From contig CAZCME010000016.1 in assembly GCA_964499705.1 (NCBI GenBank), positions 1 to 64,000 on the forward strand: DNA of 64,000 nucleotides. Reading direction: 5' to 3'. A program made the position numbers and the translations under genes. Each line of letters starts with the position of its first letter. Positions within the stretch are counted from its first letter, which is position 1. Below the pieces are notes generated by a model. That model was not told the origin of the DNA and searched no databases. It saw only the letters and a list, made by a program, of their open reading frames with translations. Shown piece after piece: positions 8,720 to 17,575 of the stretch. This DNA is from an uncultured bacterium. Its GTDB lineage: Bacteria; UBA8481.

Positions 8720-10384
8720 ATGGCATACGCGCTTGCGGCTCTGACCGCGGTATTTTTCGGGCTGAACGCGTACCCGGCCAGAACCTTGGGAAGGCGTGGT
8801 CGCCGGGCTCCGGAGGTCGCGTGGATGAACTTCACGATTTCGGCTCCGATCCTTTTCATGGTGGCTCTTGCATGGGGAAACTGGCGGTTTCAGCCCGGCT
8901 TTTTCTCCGGCCTTGCCGCCGGTGTCGCGGGCAACATGATCGCCTACACGCTTTATTTCCGCGCGATTCGCGACACGGATCTATCCATCGCGCTTCCCCT
9001 TGTCTCGCTATCTCCGCTTTTCATGCTCTTCACTTCCCGATGGATGCTCGGTGAAGAAATGACTTCGACGGGCACGGCGGGTGTCGTATGCGTCGCGATC
9101 GGCGCCTATCTTCTCGGATGCGCCCGAGATCGTTCCGATCTTGCGGCTCCGTTCCGGGCGCTCTGGCGGGACAAGGGAGCGCGATCCGCTCTCGCAGTTT
9201 CGGTCGTCTGGTCGATAACCTCCAACATCGACAAATACTGCGTGCGGCTTTCCGACCCCTTCACCTATTCAGCGATCTTCGCGCTCTGCAGTTCGGTGAT
9301 CTATTTACCTCTCCTGTATTGCGTCAAACCGTCGCGGGATGCACCCGCGCTTCGTCATGATGCCGGCATCGCGGTGGCGCTCGGAATCTCCTCGGCGCTC
9401 ATGGTCCTGTGCCAGATGAGCGCGATTCTTCTGATTCCCGTTCCCTATGTCATCGCCATCAAGCGGGCGGGAATGCTCATCGGGATCGCCGACGCGGTGT
9501 ATCGCCGCGAATCGGGCCTGGCATGGAGATTGGCGGGCAGTTTGCTGATCCTGGCGGGCATCGGACTGATCGTGGCAGGGCCGGTCCCGGGATCAGCTTC
9601 GCCATCAACGACATCGGGAGTTCATGGTGGCGGCGAGCCACCGTCGCAGCCTCCACAGACAAATTCCGCGGGGGTTGCGTCGCGCGGAAAGTTGTTGCGC
9701 GGACAATGGGAAACTCATGACCTCGACAGCAAGGATTACGTGATTCATCAGAATGAATGGAGTGGCGATTTCGGCCAGCAAATGGAAGTTGAGGGGAGCA
9801 TCTTCAGAATCGTCGCGGGCGACTTTAATATGCCCGTCGCCGGACCTCCCGCGACATACCCGTCCATCTTCAAGGGGTGTCACTGGGGAAACTGCACGAG
9901 TAACAGCGGCATGCCGATCCAGGTCGGACGCATCGGTTCCGCCACGAGCAGTTGGCGCGCCACGCCGGCTCCGGGCGCCTGGAATATGGCCTACGACATC
10001 TGGTTCAACACAACTCCGACCCCGCGCGGAAAGGCACAGCCGGACCGGGCGGAGCTGATGATCTGGCTCGCCGCGAGCGGAGGAGTGAAACCCGCGGGCA
10101 CACGGGTCGGGACCGTGATCCTGTCCGGTATGAACTGGGATATCTGGCTCTACACGGGATTCCAATGGAAACTGGTTTCATATTCGGCCTCGGTACCGGT
10201 CACGGAGGTTTCGAATCTTGACATCAAGGCGTTTGCAGACGACATGGTGAGCCGAGGCTATCTGAACAGGACCGATTACATGATCGCGATCGAGGCCGGC
10301 TTCGAGATCTGGAACGGAGGCATCGGGCTCTCCAGCGACACATTCGTCGCCGCTGTCCAACCTACCGCGGAGACGGGCAAATAG
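8720..10384 (+). CDS. EamA/DMT transporter fused to a GH12 endoglucanase domain
   Basis: About 10 TM EamA region (SLSPLF...LGE), P/S/T linker, then GH12 motifs YPSIFKGCHWGNC, WNMAYDIWF, ELMIWL, IEAGFEIW; alternative start 8702. Confidence 0.85.
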   Translation: MAYALAALTAVFFGLNAYPARTLGRRGRRAPEVAWMNFTISAPILFMVALAWGNWRFQPGFFSGLAAGVAGNMIAYTLYFRAIRDTDLSIALPLVSLSPLFMLFTSRWMLGEEMTSTGTAGVVCVAIGAYLLGCARDRSDLAAPFRALWRDKGARSALAVSVVWSITSNIDKYCVRLSDPFTYSAIFALCSSVIYLPLLYCVKPSRDAPALRHDAGIAVALGISSALMVLCQMSAILLIPVPYVIAIKRAGMLIGIADAVYRRESGLAWRLAGSLLILAGIGLIVAGPVPGSASPSTTSGVHGGGEPPSQPPQTNSAGVASRGKLLRGQWETHDLDSKDYVIHQNEWSGDFGQQMEVEGSIFRIVAGDFNMPVAGPPATYPSIFKGCHWGNCTSNSGMPIQVGRIGSATSSWRATPAPGAWNMAYDIWFNTTPTPRGKAQPDRAELMIWLAASGGVKPAGTRVGTVILSGMNWDIWLYTGFQWKLVSYSASVPVTEVSNLDIKAFADDMVSRGYLNRTDYMIAIEAGFEIWNGGIGLSSDTFVAAVQPTAETGK

Positions 10385-10580
10385 GAGCCGATTTTCGATT
10401 ATGTTGCGCAAAAATGTTCGATCCTTATCCTTGTTTTGGAGACTGCGCTCCGCTTCGCGCAGAAGCACGTCGATGTTCAGATGACCGGTGATCATCGCCA
10501 GGCTCCCGGTTGAATCGCGCGGCCATTCATCGCGCGGTCGATCACGATAGAGCTCGACGCCGTTGCCGACGGCGTTCATC

Positions 10581-11282
10581 TCACTCGACTACCGGCAGAT
10601 CGAACACCAGGATTTCGGAGTCCGCATCCGCGCGGATCGTAATCGAATCCTCTCCGATGATTCCTGCTCCGTCGCCTGCGACGAGGCCATTGCCGCCGAT
10701 GTGGACGGATCCATGCACGACGTGAATCCATGCAACGCGGCCGGATTCCAATTCGAGCGTGAGCTCCTCGCCACAACGCGGCCTACCCGCCAACAGCCGC
10801 GCATCCGCCGCGATGGATACGGTTCCGGGCGCGCCGGACGGAGCGGCCAGCACGGTCCATGGCTTCGCCCACGAAATTGCGCGCCGCTCGTATCCTGGCT
10901 TCAACCCCTTTCGCCCGGGCATGATCCAGATCTGGAGAAGGTGCAATGAATCGGTCGTCGAGGCGTTATGCTCGCTGTGCATGATTCCGGACCCGGCCGT
11001 CATGCGCTGGATCTCGCCCACGCCGGTCACGCCTTCGACATTAGTCGAGTCGCGGTGCGCGACCGCGCCGTCGAGGACGTATGTCAGGATCTCCATGTCG
11101 CGATGAGGGTGCATGTCGAATCCTGCTCCGGGTCCGATGACGTCGTCGTTGATGACGCGAAGAATCGAAAAGCGATGATGAGCCGGATCGAAATATTCGC
11201 CGAACGAGAAGGTGTGCCGGCTTTCGAGCCACTCCCAGCTCGTTCTCCCGCGTTCCAAGCTTCGTCGAATCGTGATGCTCAT
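10581..11282 (-). CDS. Pirin family protein (YhhW-like)
   Basis: WLESRHTFSF, LRVINDD, GFDMHPHRDMEI, MTAGSGIMHSE, LQIWI. Confidence 0.95.
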   Translation of the reverse strand: MSITIRRSLERGRTSWEWLESRHTFSFGEYFDPAHHRFSILRVINDDVIGPGAGFDMHPHRDMEILTYVLDGAVAHRDSTNVEGVTGVGEIQRMTAGSGIMHSEHNASTTDSLHLLQIWIMPGRKGLKPGYERRAISWAKPWTVLAAPSGAPGTVSIAADARLLAGRPRCGEELTLELESGRVAWIHVVHGSVHIGGNGLVAGDGAGIIGEDSITIRADADSEILVFDLPVVE

Positions 11283-11287
11283 GACTT

Positions 11288-11755
11288 CTAGCCCCTCCTT
11301 TCGTCGATCTCGCCCTGGATCTTTCGGGCGATGAATCCGTCCACGGACCACCGGCCCGCGCCGCCGACGAGAAGCGCGAACGCCATTCCCATGGCAAGGA
11401 GATGATACTCGACGCCTTCGCCCTGCTGGTTTCCGAACCAGTTCATGAAGAATCCGAACTTCGCGTGCACCATGACAATCGCTCCGGACATGATGGCAAC
11501 AATCCCGAAAGCCGAGAGACGAGTCAGAAAACCTGTGATGAGGCCCAACGCGCCCAGGGACTCCCCCGCAACCACCAGGAGCGCCACGATCCAGGGCATG
11601 CCCATCCCGGTCATGAACTCCATAGTGCCCGAGAACCCGTATCCGCCGAAGGCGCCGAGCGTCTTCTGGAGCCCGTGCGGCAGGAAGACCGCACCGAGAA
11701 ATACCCGCGTAATGAGCCCGAACCACTCCGTATCCGTCTGAAAGAACCTCTTCAT
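11288..11755 (-). CDS. DoxX family membrane protein
   Basis: HGLQK, GFFMNW, GEGVEYHL, GAGRWSVD. Confidence 0.9.
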   Translation of the reverse strand: MKRFFQTDTEWFGLITRVFLGAVFLPHGLQKTLGAFGGYGFSGTMEFMTGMGMPWIVALLVVAGESLGALGLITGFLTRLSAFGIVAIMSGAIVMVHAKFGFFMNWFGNQQGEGVEYHLLAMGMAFALLVGGAGRWSVDGFIARKIQGEIDERRG

Positions 11756-11833
11756 CGCTGAATCCTCCGTGTTTGATTTATTCAAGAATAGGCATGTTGC
11801 CAATAAACTACTAGTCAGTATGATTGCGACACA

Positions 11834-11853
11834 TTGTTCTATTAGTAGAACAA
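11834..11853. promoter_or_regulatory. Putative LysR binding site
   Basis: TTGTTCTA-N4-TAGAACAA inverted repeat between the divergent doxX and lysR genes. Confidence 0.5.
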
Positions 11854-11869
11854 AGGACGGAGGCGGAAG

Positions 11870-12769
11870 CTGGATCTGAACTGGATGCGCATCTTCGTTG
11901 CGGTCGTCGACGCCGGAGGATTCTCCCGCGCTGCCCGAGCCCTTTCCGTTCCGAAGTCGTTTGTCAGCCGCAAGGTTGCTCTCCTCGAGGAACACCTCGG
12001 CGTGCGGCTCCTCAACCGCACCACCCGCAGTCTCTCATTGACGGACGCCGGCCGGGAATTCCACGAACAGGCCGCGCGGGTCGTGGCGAGCGCTGAAGAG
12101 GCCGAGCGGACGGTCACGGGAATGCGGGAAACGCCCAGCGGGCTGCTGCGCATCACCGCGCCGGTGGAGTTCGGGATCGAATACCTCGGCCCGGTGGCCA
12201 CGGGATTCATGGCTCGCTACCCCGAGGTGCGGCTCGATCTCGCGCTCACCGATCGCACCGTCGACCTCGTGGAGGAAGGCGTCGACCTCGCGATCCGCGC
12301 GACGTCCCTGGCCGACTCATCGCTCATCGCGCGACCGTTGGGCAAGGCCCGTTTCATTCTCGTTGCGAGCCCGAAGTATCTCGCGGCGCGCGGCGTTCCA
12401 AAGCGACCTTCGGACCTGACCGCGCACGACGCGATCGTATATGGTACGGTCACGGCGAAGCCGACTTGGATCCTCGAAAACAAGGGTCGGAAGGTCCGCG
12501 TGCCGATCAAGCCGCGCCAAACCTCCACCGTGCTCGCCCTCGCGCGGGAGGCCGCGTTGGCCGGATTGGGAATCGCTTTCCTGCCGTCCTTCCTCTGCGT
12601 CGCGGAGATCCGGCGAAAGAGCCTTGTGCCGATTCTCGAGCGATTTCTTCCGGCTGAGAGAGCGATCCACGTCGTCTATCCCGCGCGCCGACATCTTGCC
12701 GCAAAAACGCGGGCCTTCCTGGATTACCTGCGCGAGAAGATGACGCCGCCGCCGTGGGAGATGTGGTGA
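11870..12769 (+). CDS. LysR family transcriptional regulator
   Basis: HTH GGFSRAA...LEEHLGVRLLNRTTR; DLVEEGVDLAIR; likely CTG start at 11870 (first ATG 11885). Confidence 0.95.
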   Translation: MDLNWMRIFVAVVDAGGFSRAARALSVPKSFVSRKVALLEEHLGVRLLNRTTRSLSLTDAGREFHEQAARVVASAEEAERTVTGMRETPSGLLRITAPVEFGIEYLGPVATGFMARYPEVRLDLALTDRTVDLVEEGVDLAIRATSLADSSLIARPLGKARFILVASPKYLAARGVPKRPSDLTAHDAIVYGTVTAKPTWILENKGRKVRVPIKPRQTSTVLALAREAALAGLGIAFLPSFLCVAEIRRKSLVPILERFLPAERAIHVVYPARRHLAAKTRAFLDYLREKMTPPPWEMW

Positions 12770-12859
12770 TCCGATAGGTGCGATTCACAGCTGAGTTTTC
12801 CTGGGCCGTCTGGAGGTTCTTCTCGCGGCGCTCGCGACGTTCGCTAGCGAAGGTCAGGT

Positions 12860-13175
12860 CATCCTCATCCTCCAACCACTCCCAGCCTTCGGCGAGTGAC
12901 ATCGAAGGCAGGGCAATGTGCCATAGATCCTTCGACGATGGGCAGTGCTTGGAAGACATCCAGAGATCATGATTCCCCGCGAGCGCGAGTCTCGTTCTCG
13001 GCGCAACGGAGGATAGCGCGTTCAGGCATTCACCGTATGCGTGCCACGCACCGAGGTCTCCTGCTGCAACGATCACGTCAGGCTTCTCGCCTTGGAGGCG
13101 CTCCAGAAATTCAGGCATGGCGAGGCGCGCTTCCCGATATTCGAAGTGAATATCAGCTGTGATGATGATCTTCAT
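12860..13175 (-). pseudogene. Truncated metallophosphoesterase
   Basis: ADIH, AGDL and GNHD motifs present; similarity is lost after about 105 aa and the frame runs into the antisense of lysR; end approximate. Confidence 0.65.
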
Positions 13176-13235
13176 GAGACTCTCCCGGGCCGGTGAGCCC
13201 ATCCATGAATCTCTATTCCAAGTGTCCTCTTGCTG

Positions 13236-14429
13236 TCACACCCGGGGGGGAGTCCAAAGTCCTTTGCCGGCAAGGAGGGTCGAAAACGAGTCGAAAGAGA
13301 GGACCTCGATACCGTCGCGCGTCTTGAGGGCCGGGCCATGCGGATACACGAGGATGCGCCGTCGGAGCCTCTTGAGACCGTGGATGGCACGAAGGCCGCG
13401 GCACCAGCTCTCGTCGAAGTTCTTACCGGACTTCACCTCTACCGCGATGGAATCTCGACCGCGCATAAGGAGGAAGTCGACCTCGGTCATGGCGCTCTCG
13501 GACGGCGCCCAATAGTGGAGCGCATCGCAGATGTCCCGATAGTCCATGTTTGCCCGGATCAGCTGCGCCACGAGTCCCTCGAAAAGCGAGCCGCGTTCCT
13601 CGGGATGTGGTTCTCCGCTGGTTTGAGTCAAAGCCCGCACGACTCCAGGGTCGAACCAGTAGAGCTTGGGCAGTTTCCGTTCCTTGACGCGCAGCTTCGC
13701 CTCAAAAGCCGTAACGCGGAAGCACATCAGAGTCTCCTCGAGGATCTCCACGTATCCTGTCACTGTGGTGCGCGCCACGCCGCACTCCCGTGCAATGTTG
13801 GCCACGTTGATCGTTCGCGCGTGAAAGAGCGCCGCGATTGGCAAGAAACGAGCGAATCCAGGGAGATTCCGGACGAGCGCTTCCGCGTGAATCTCCTCCT
13901 TAAGGTAGAGGCGGCCGTAGGCTTTCAGAGCATCCTCCCGATCTGGAGAGTTGCGGATGACCGGCAGGAGGCCAAAGCGCAACGCGTCCTCGAGTGAGAA
14001 GGACTTCCCGAGTTCCTCGGCGATAAACGGATGCATGAATCTCTGAACCGCGCGCCCTCCCAGAAGGTTCACTCCACCGCAGCGGAGCTTGCGGGCGCTA
14101 GAGCCAGACAGGACAAATCGCCGCCCGCTTTCTTCGATAAGGCGATGCACTTCGTTCAGGAGATTAGGGAGTCTCTGAATCTCGTCGACGACCACCCATG
14201 ACTTCTTGGGCAGAGCCCGAACTTGCGCGGCAAAGAGGTCGGGATTGGCGAGGAGGCGCTGATAGTTCTCCTCGGCCAGGAGGTCGATGACGGGCGCGCC
14301 CGGCAGGTTCTTCCTGAGCCATGTGGTCTTACCTGTCCCGCGTGGGCCAAGAAGGAAGAAAGTACCTCTGGGGAGGGTGAGAAGCCGAGCGATATAGGCC
14401 CTGCTGCCATTGTCGTCACTTTTCGCCAT
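13236..14429 (-). CDS. AAA+ ATPase with DUF4143 and PD-(D/E)xK-like tail
   Basis: GPRGTGKT, VVDEIQ, SGSS, KLYWFDPG, EVDF...AVEVK. Confidence 0.9.
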   Translation of the reverse strand: MAKSDDNGSRAYIARLLTLPRGTFFLLGPRGTGKTTWLRKNLPGAPVIDLLAEENYQRLLANPDLFAAQVRALPKKSWVVVDEIQRLPNLLNEVHRLIEESGRRFVLSGSSARKLRCGGVNLLGGRAVQRFMHPFIAEELGKSFSLEDALRFGLLPVIRNSPDREDALKAYGRLYLKEEIHAEALVRNLPGFARFLPIAALFHARTINVANIARECGVARTTVTGYVEILEETLMCFRVTAFEAKLRVKERKLPKLYWFDPGVVRALTQTSGEPHPEERGSLFEGLVAQLIRANMDYRDICDALHYWAPSESAMTEVDFLLMRGRDSIAVEVKSGKNFDESWCRGLRAIHGLKRLRRRILVYPHGPALKTRDGIEVLSFDSFSTLLAGKGLWTPPRV

Positions 14430-14717
14430 TAGATGATGACAAGTATATCAAGCCTCCTTGAGTCGTCAAGCGGGTAGCGACCTACGAGAGAGATTCCGTC
14501 AGGCGGAGAACTCTATGACAGTGGCTAGGAAACTTCGACTTCATAACGCGGGTTCAAACTGGGTTCTGGTTTGGGTGGACAACTGAACGATTTAAGAACT
14601 TTCCTGAAGCGGAACAAGCTCGGCGACAATCTTGCTGACGTGCTGGCGGCTTGAGAGTTCAAGTTCGTCGGCTTGAATGCGCGTGAACTGGAATCGTCGC
14701 AAAATCGAGTTCAAGAG

Positions 14718-15329
14718 TCATTTTAAGGGGGGAGGTCTCTCTTCACCTTTACCTGTCTTTCGCGCGCGAGCCTTTCCGTGAATTGCCGCGGCATAGCGCT
14801 GCTCAAATTCCTGAAACTTGATGGCGACGTCGGGACCACCTTCCTCCGCCGACCACTTCTTGATTCGGTTCAAGTGGATCGGCTGGTTTGACGCGACCAT
14901 GAGAGCGTGCTCGAGGCTTCTCCGATCGTTCCAATGGAAGAAGGCGGCGAGGCGATCACAGACGCAGTCGGTCGGCGATAGCAGGCGAACGACTCCTGTG
15001 GGCATTTTCATGGTATCGAGCTCAACGCGATAATTCCTGCCGATCGAGATCGGACCGGGAGGAAACTCCACAAAGAATGAGGACGATGGATGGGTGAACA
15101 TGCGCCCGTCCCGATGGAAACCGAGCGTGCTCATGATAGCGTCAACGCGGGACTCCATTGTCGTATTGTAGACCACGAAATCCAGATCGCCGGATTCGTA
15201 TTCGCCATGAGTATAGATGGAAACGACGGCACCTCCGACCAGGGCGACTTGGATTCCCTGCTCCTCGAGGGCCGTGGCAACGATCCCGGCCAGTTCTTCT
15301 ACCGTTGTGGTTTCGTTGATTTCAGCCAT
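14718..15329 (-). CDS. Putative nucleotidyltransferase
   Basis: LVGGAVV...SGDLDF Pol-beta-type motif. Confidence 0.7.
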   Translation of the reverse strand: MAEINETTTVEELAGIVATALEEQGIQVALVGGAVVSIYTHGEYESGDLDFVVYNTTMESRVDAIMSTLGFHRDGRMFTHPSSSFFVEFPPGPISIGRNYRVELDTMKMPTGVVRLLSPTDCVCDRLAAFFHWNDRRSLEHALMVASNQPIHLNRIKKWSAEEGGPDVAIKFQEFEQRYAAAIHGKARARKTGKGEERPPPLK

Positions 15330-15658
15330 ACAGGCTTTCCCGTCCTGCGCGGTCTTTTGCGCTGAGTATAGTATCTCTCCCTCATCTCTTTAGGCATGGC
15401 GGCGAGGACTTCCTGAAGCCAGGATCGGAATGTAACGAGGAATGGCCAGCGTGGATTCCACGAAAAAAGGCGAACACTTCCGAATTTCTGGCTGACGAGT
15501 ACGCTCGCAGCCTCGAATTTGATGAGTTGTTTCTGGACCATATTGAGAGGGATCCCGAAGGTTCGGGAGATCTCCTTCGCGTATCCTTTTTCGTAGGCCT
15601 GGAGATACAACAGCACGGGCTCCGCTGTATCGTTTCCAAACACCCTGTCGATAAACAT
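15299..15658 (-). CDS. Winged-helix DNA-binding protein
   Basis: GYAKEISRTFGIPLNMVQKQLIKFE...VLVS HTH; overlaps the NTase gene. Confidence 0.75.
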   Translation of the reverse strand: MFIDRVFGNDTAEPVLLYLQAYEKGYAKEISRTFGIPLNMVQKQLIKFEAASVLVSQKFGSVRLFSWNPRWPFLVTFRSWLQEVLAAMPKEMRERYYTQRKRPRRTGKPVWLKSTKPQR

Positions 15659-15832
15659 GACGCGCCTCCGTCTGAATGGATAATATACCTGAAAGAAAGG
15701 TAAGTAAACCTACAATACAGGTATACACGTTCGTGGCAGAACGCGCAGGTGCGTGCGGTAGTCGCCATATTCCGTGACAATCAATGTGATGAAAATGACC
15801 GTGAACAGAAGTTAACAAAAGTTAGCAAGCCG

Positions 15833-15907
15833 GGTGGAAGACGGGACTTGAACCCGCAGCCTCTGGTGCCACAGACCAGCGCTCTAACCAATTGAGCTAC
15901 ATCCACC
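15833..15907 (-). tRNA. tRNA-His (GUG)
   Basis: Minus strand GGTGGATGTAGCTCAATTGGTTAGAGCG CTGGTCT-GTG-GCACCAG...GGTTCAAGTCC; G-1:C73 pair; CCA not encoded. Confidence 0.95.
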
Positions 15908-16026
15908 ATGAGGCCTTCGCTGACTTCTTGCGAGGACGATGAAAAATCATAGCCGAGAGCGTGAAGAAATCCAAGCGGATTGAATCTGCTTCGGACGGGA
16001 GACGCTTGGGGCGGGAGCGAGTCGCG

Positions 16027-16359
16027 TCAGGCGGAGAGGGCGGCCTCGCGACTGGGGAGAATCTCGAAGATCGGCGACAGGCGGGTCAGGTCGAAGATTT
16101 CGTTTACGTACGGGGAGAGGCCGCACAGGACAAGCCGGCGTTTCAGATCCCGGCAGGTCTTGCTGAGAGAGACGAGCGTGCCGAGCCCGGGGGTTGTGAT
16201 GAGGCTGACCTTGGAGAGGTCAATGAGGACGCGCAGGATCGACGGCTTTGTCTGGATCAGCTCCTTGATGGTCGCGCTGTCCTCCGTGGAAACATCGCTC
16301 AAGAAGGTGATGATGAGCGTCTGCGAATTGACTTCGACGTTGAAACGGCTTGAGGTCAT
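16027..16359 (-). CDS. STAS-domain anti-sigma-factor antagonist
   Basis: VLIDLSKVSLITTPGLGTL...IFDLTRL. Confidence 0.85.
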   Translation of the reverse strand: MTSSRFNVEVNSQTLIITFLSDVSTEDSATIKELIQTKPSILRVLIDLSKVSLITTPGLGTLVSLSKTCRDLKRRLVLCGLSPYVNEIFDLTRLSPIFEILPSREAALSA

Positions 16360-17573
16360 GGATTCACGCTCCGCGATCTCGGGACGTACGACTCGCCGGC
16401 GGCCCAGGCGATCGGGTCGACGACTTCCTTTGGCGGGAGCATTTCTTCCTCCGGTCGGCCGCGCCGGAATCCCTTGTGGCGCGTGGCGGCCCGTTCCCGG
16501 GGCTGCTGCTGCTTCGCCGCGGAACGGGGCGGCTTGGCCTTGTGTTCGCTCTTTTCCTGCCGCTCTCTTCCGCCGCGGCCTCCGCGTCGGCCTCTACGTC
16601 CTCTTCGCCCCCGCCCTTCGCGGGCCTGGTCCGCGGCACCGGACTGGGTTGAAGCATCACCCTCGGCAGGCTCGACTCCATCCACGGATTCTTCTCCTGG
16701 CGCAATCTCGCCGGCTTCATTCGCCGCGTGCCGATCGCGGGATGCCGCGCCGCCGCGGTCCGCGTGGGGCCTCCGGCGCGAACCGCGGCGCGAGCCTTGA
16801 TTCTTCTCGTCGTCTCCGGCTTTCTCCCATTCGTTCAGCGCGTTCTCCGCGGCGTCCTGCTCGGCTTCCTTCTTCGATTTTCCGGATCCTGTTCCCCATT
16901 TCCGTCCATCGATGCTGACGGCGACTCGGAAAATGCGCGAATGATCGGGGCCGCTCGAACGCATGACCGAATACACCGGCCTCACGCCGCGCTCGCGCTG
17001 GATTGTTTCCTGGAGATACGACTTGTAATCGCCGACGGATTTGTCGGTCGACATGTTGCGGATGCTCGATTCGAGATATCGGATCACGAATCGACGCGAT
17101 GCGGGCAATCCCTGGTCCATGTAGACGGCGCCGATGAAGGCTTCGAGAATATCCGCCAGCAGCGACGGACGCTCGGATCCGCCGCTTCGCTTTTCCCCCC
17201 GGCCGATGAGGATCATCTCCCCCAGGCCGATTTCCCGGGCGACCTCCGCCAGCATCACCTCGGAAACGACCGCCGACTTGATCTTCGCCAGTTCGCCTTC
17301 CTCGGATTCCGGGAAGACCTTGAAGAGATACTCATTCACGATAAGCCCCAGCACTCCGTCGCCGAAAAATTCCAGCTTCTCGTACTGCTCGTTGTGGCTG
17401 TAGCCCTTCTCGTTCGTGAAGGACTTGTGCGAGAGCGCTCGGTTGATGAGGTCGTAGTCCTTGATCTTGACGCCGACTTTTTCGGCGAAGGTATCGAGCT
17501 GGGCGCGGCGTTCGTCGTCGACGCGGGTGAGATATTCGATCTGCGGGAGCGGGTTTCTTTTTTCGCGGGCCAT
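16356..17573 (-). CDS. rnc: Ribonuclease III with long C-terminal extension
   Basis: ALSHKS, YEKLEFFGDGVL, LADILEAFIGA, dsRBD DYKSYLQE...SKKEAEQ. Confidence 0.95.
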   Translation of the reverse strand: MAREKRNPLPQIEYLTRVDDERRAQLDTFAEKVGVKIKDYDLINRALSHKSFTNEKGYSHNEQYEKLEFFGDGVLGLIVNEYLFKVFPESEEGELAKIKSAVVSEVMLAEVAREIGLGEMILIGRGEKRSGGSERPSLLADILEAFIGAVYMDQGLPASRRFVIRYLESSIRNMSTDKSVGDYKSYLQETIQRERGVRPVYSVMRSSGPDHSRIFRVAVSIDGRKWGTGSGKSKKEAEQDAAENALNEWEKAGDDEKNQGSRRGSRRRPHADRGGAASRDRHAANEAGEIAPGEESVDGVEPAEGDASTQSGAADQAREGRGRRGRRGRRGGRGGRERQEKSEHKAKPPRSAAKQQQPRERAATRHKGFRRGRPEEEMLPPKEVVDPIAWAAGESYVPRSRSVNP

Positions 17574-17575
17574 GT

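Noticed and set aside
10178-10579. 133-aa ORF starting right after the pirin stop
   Set aside because: Overlaps the GH12 domain antisense by about 200 nt and has no recognisable motif; at most a gene remnant
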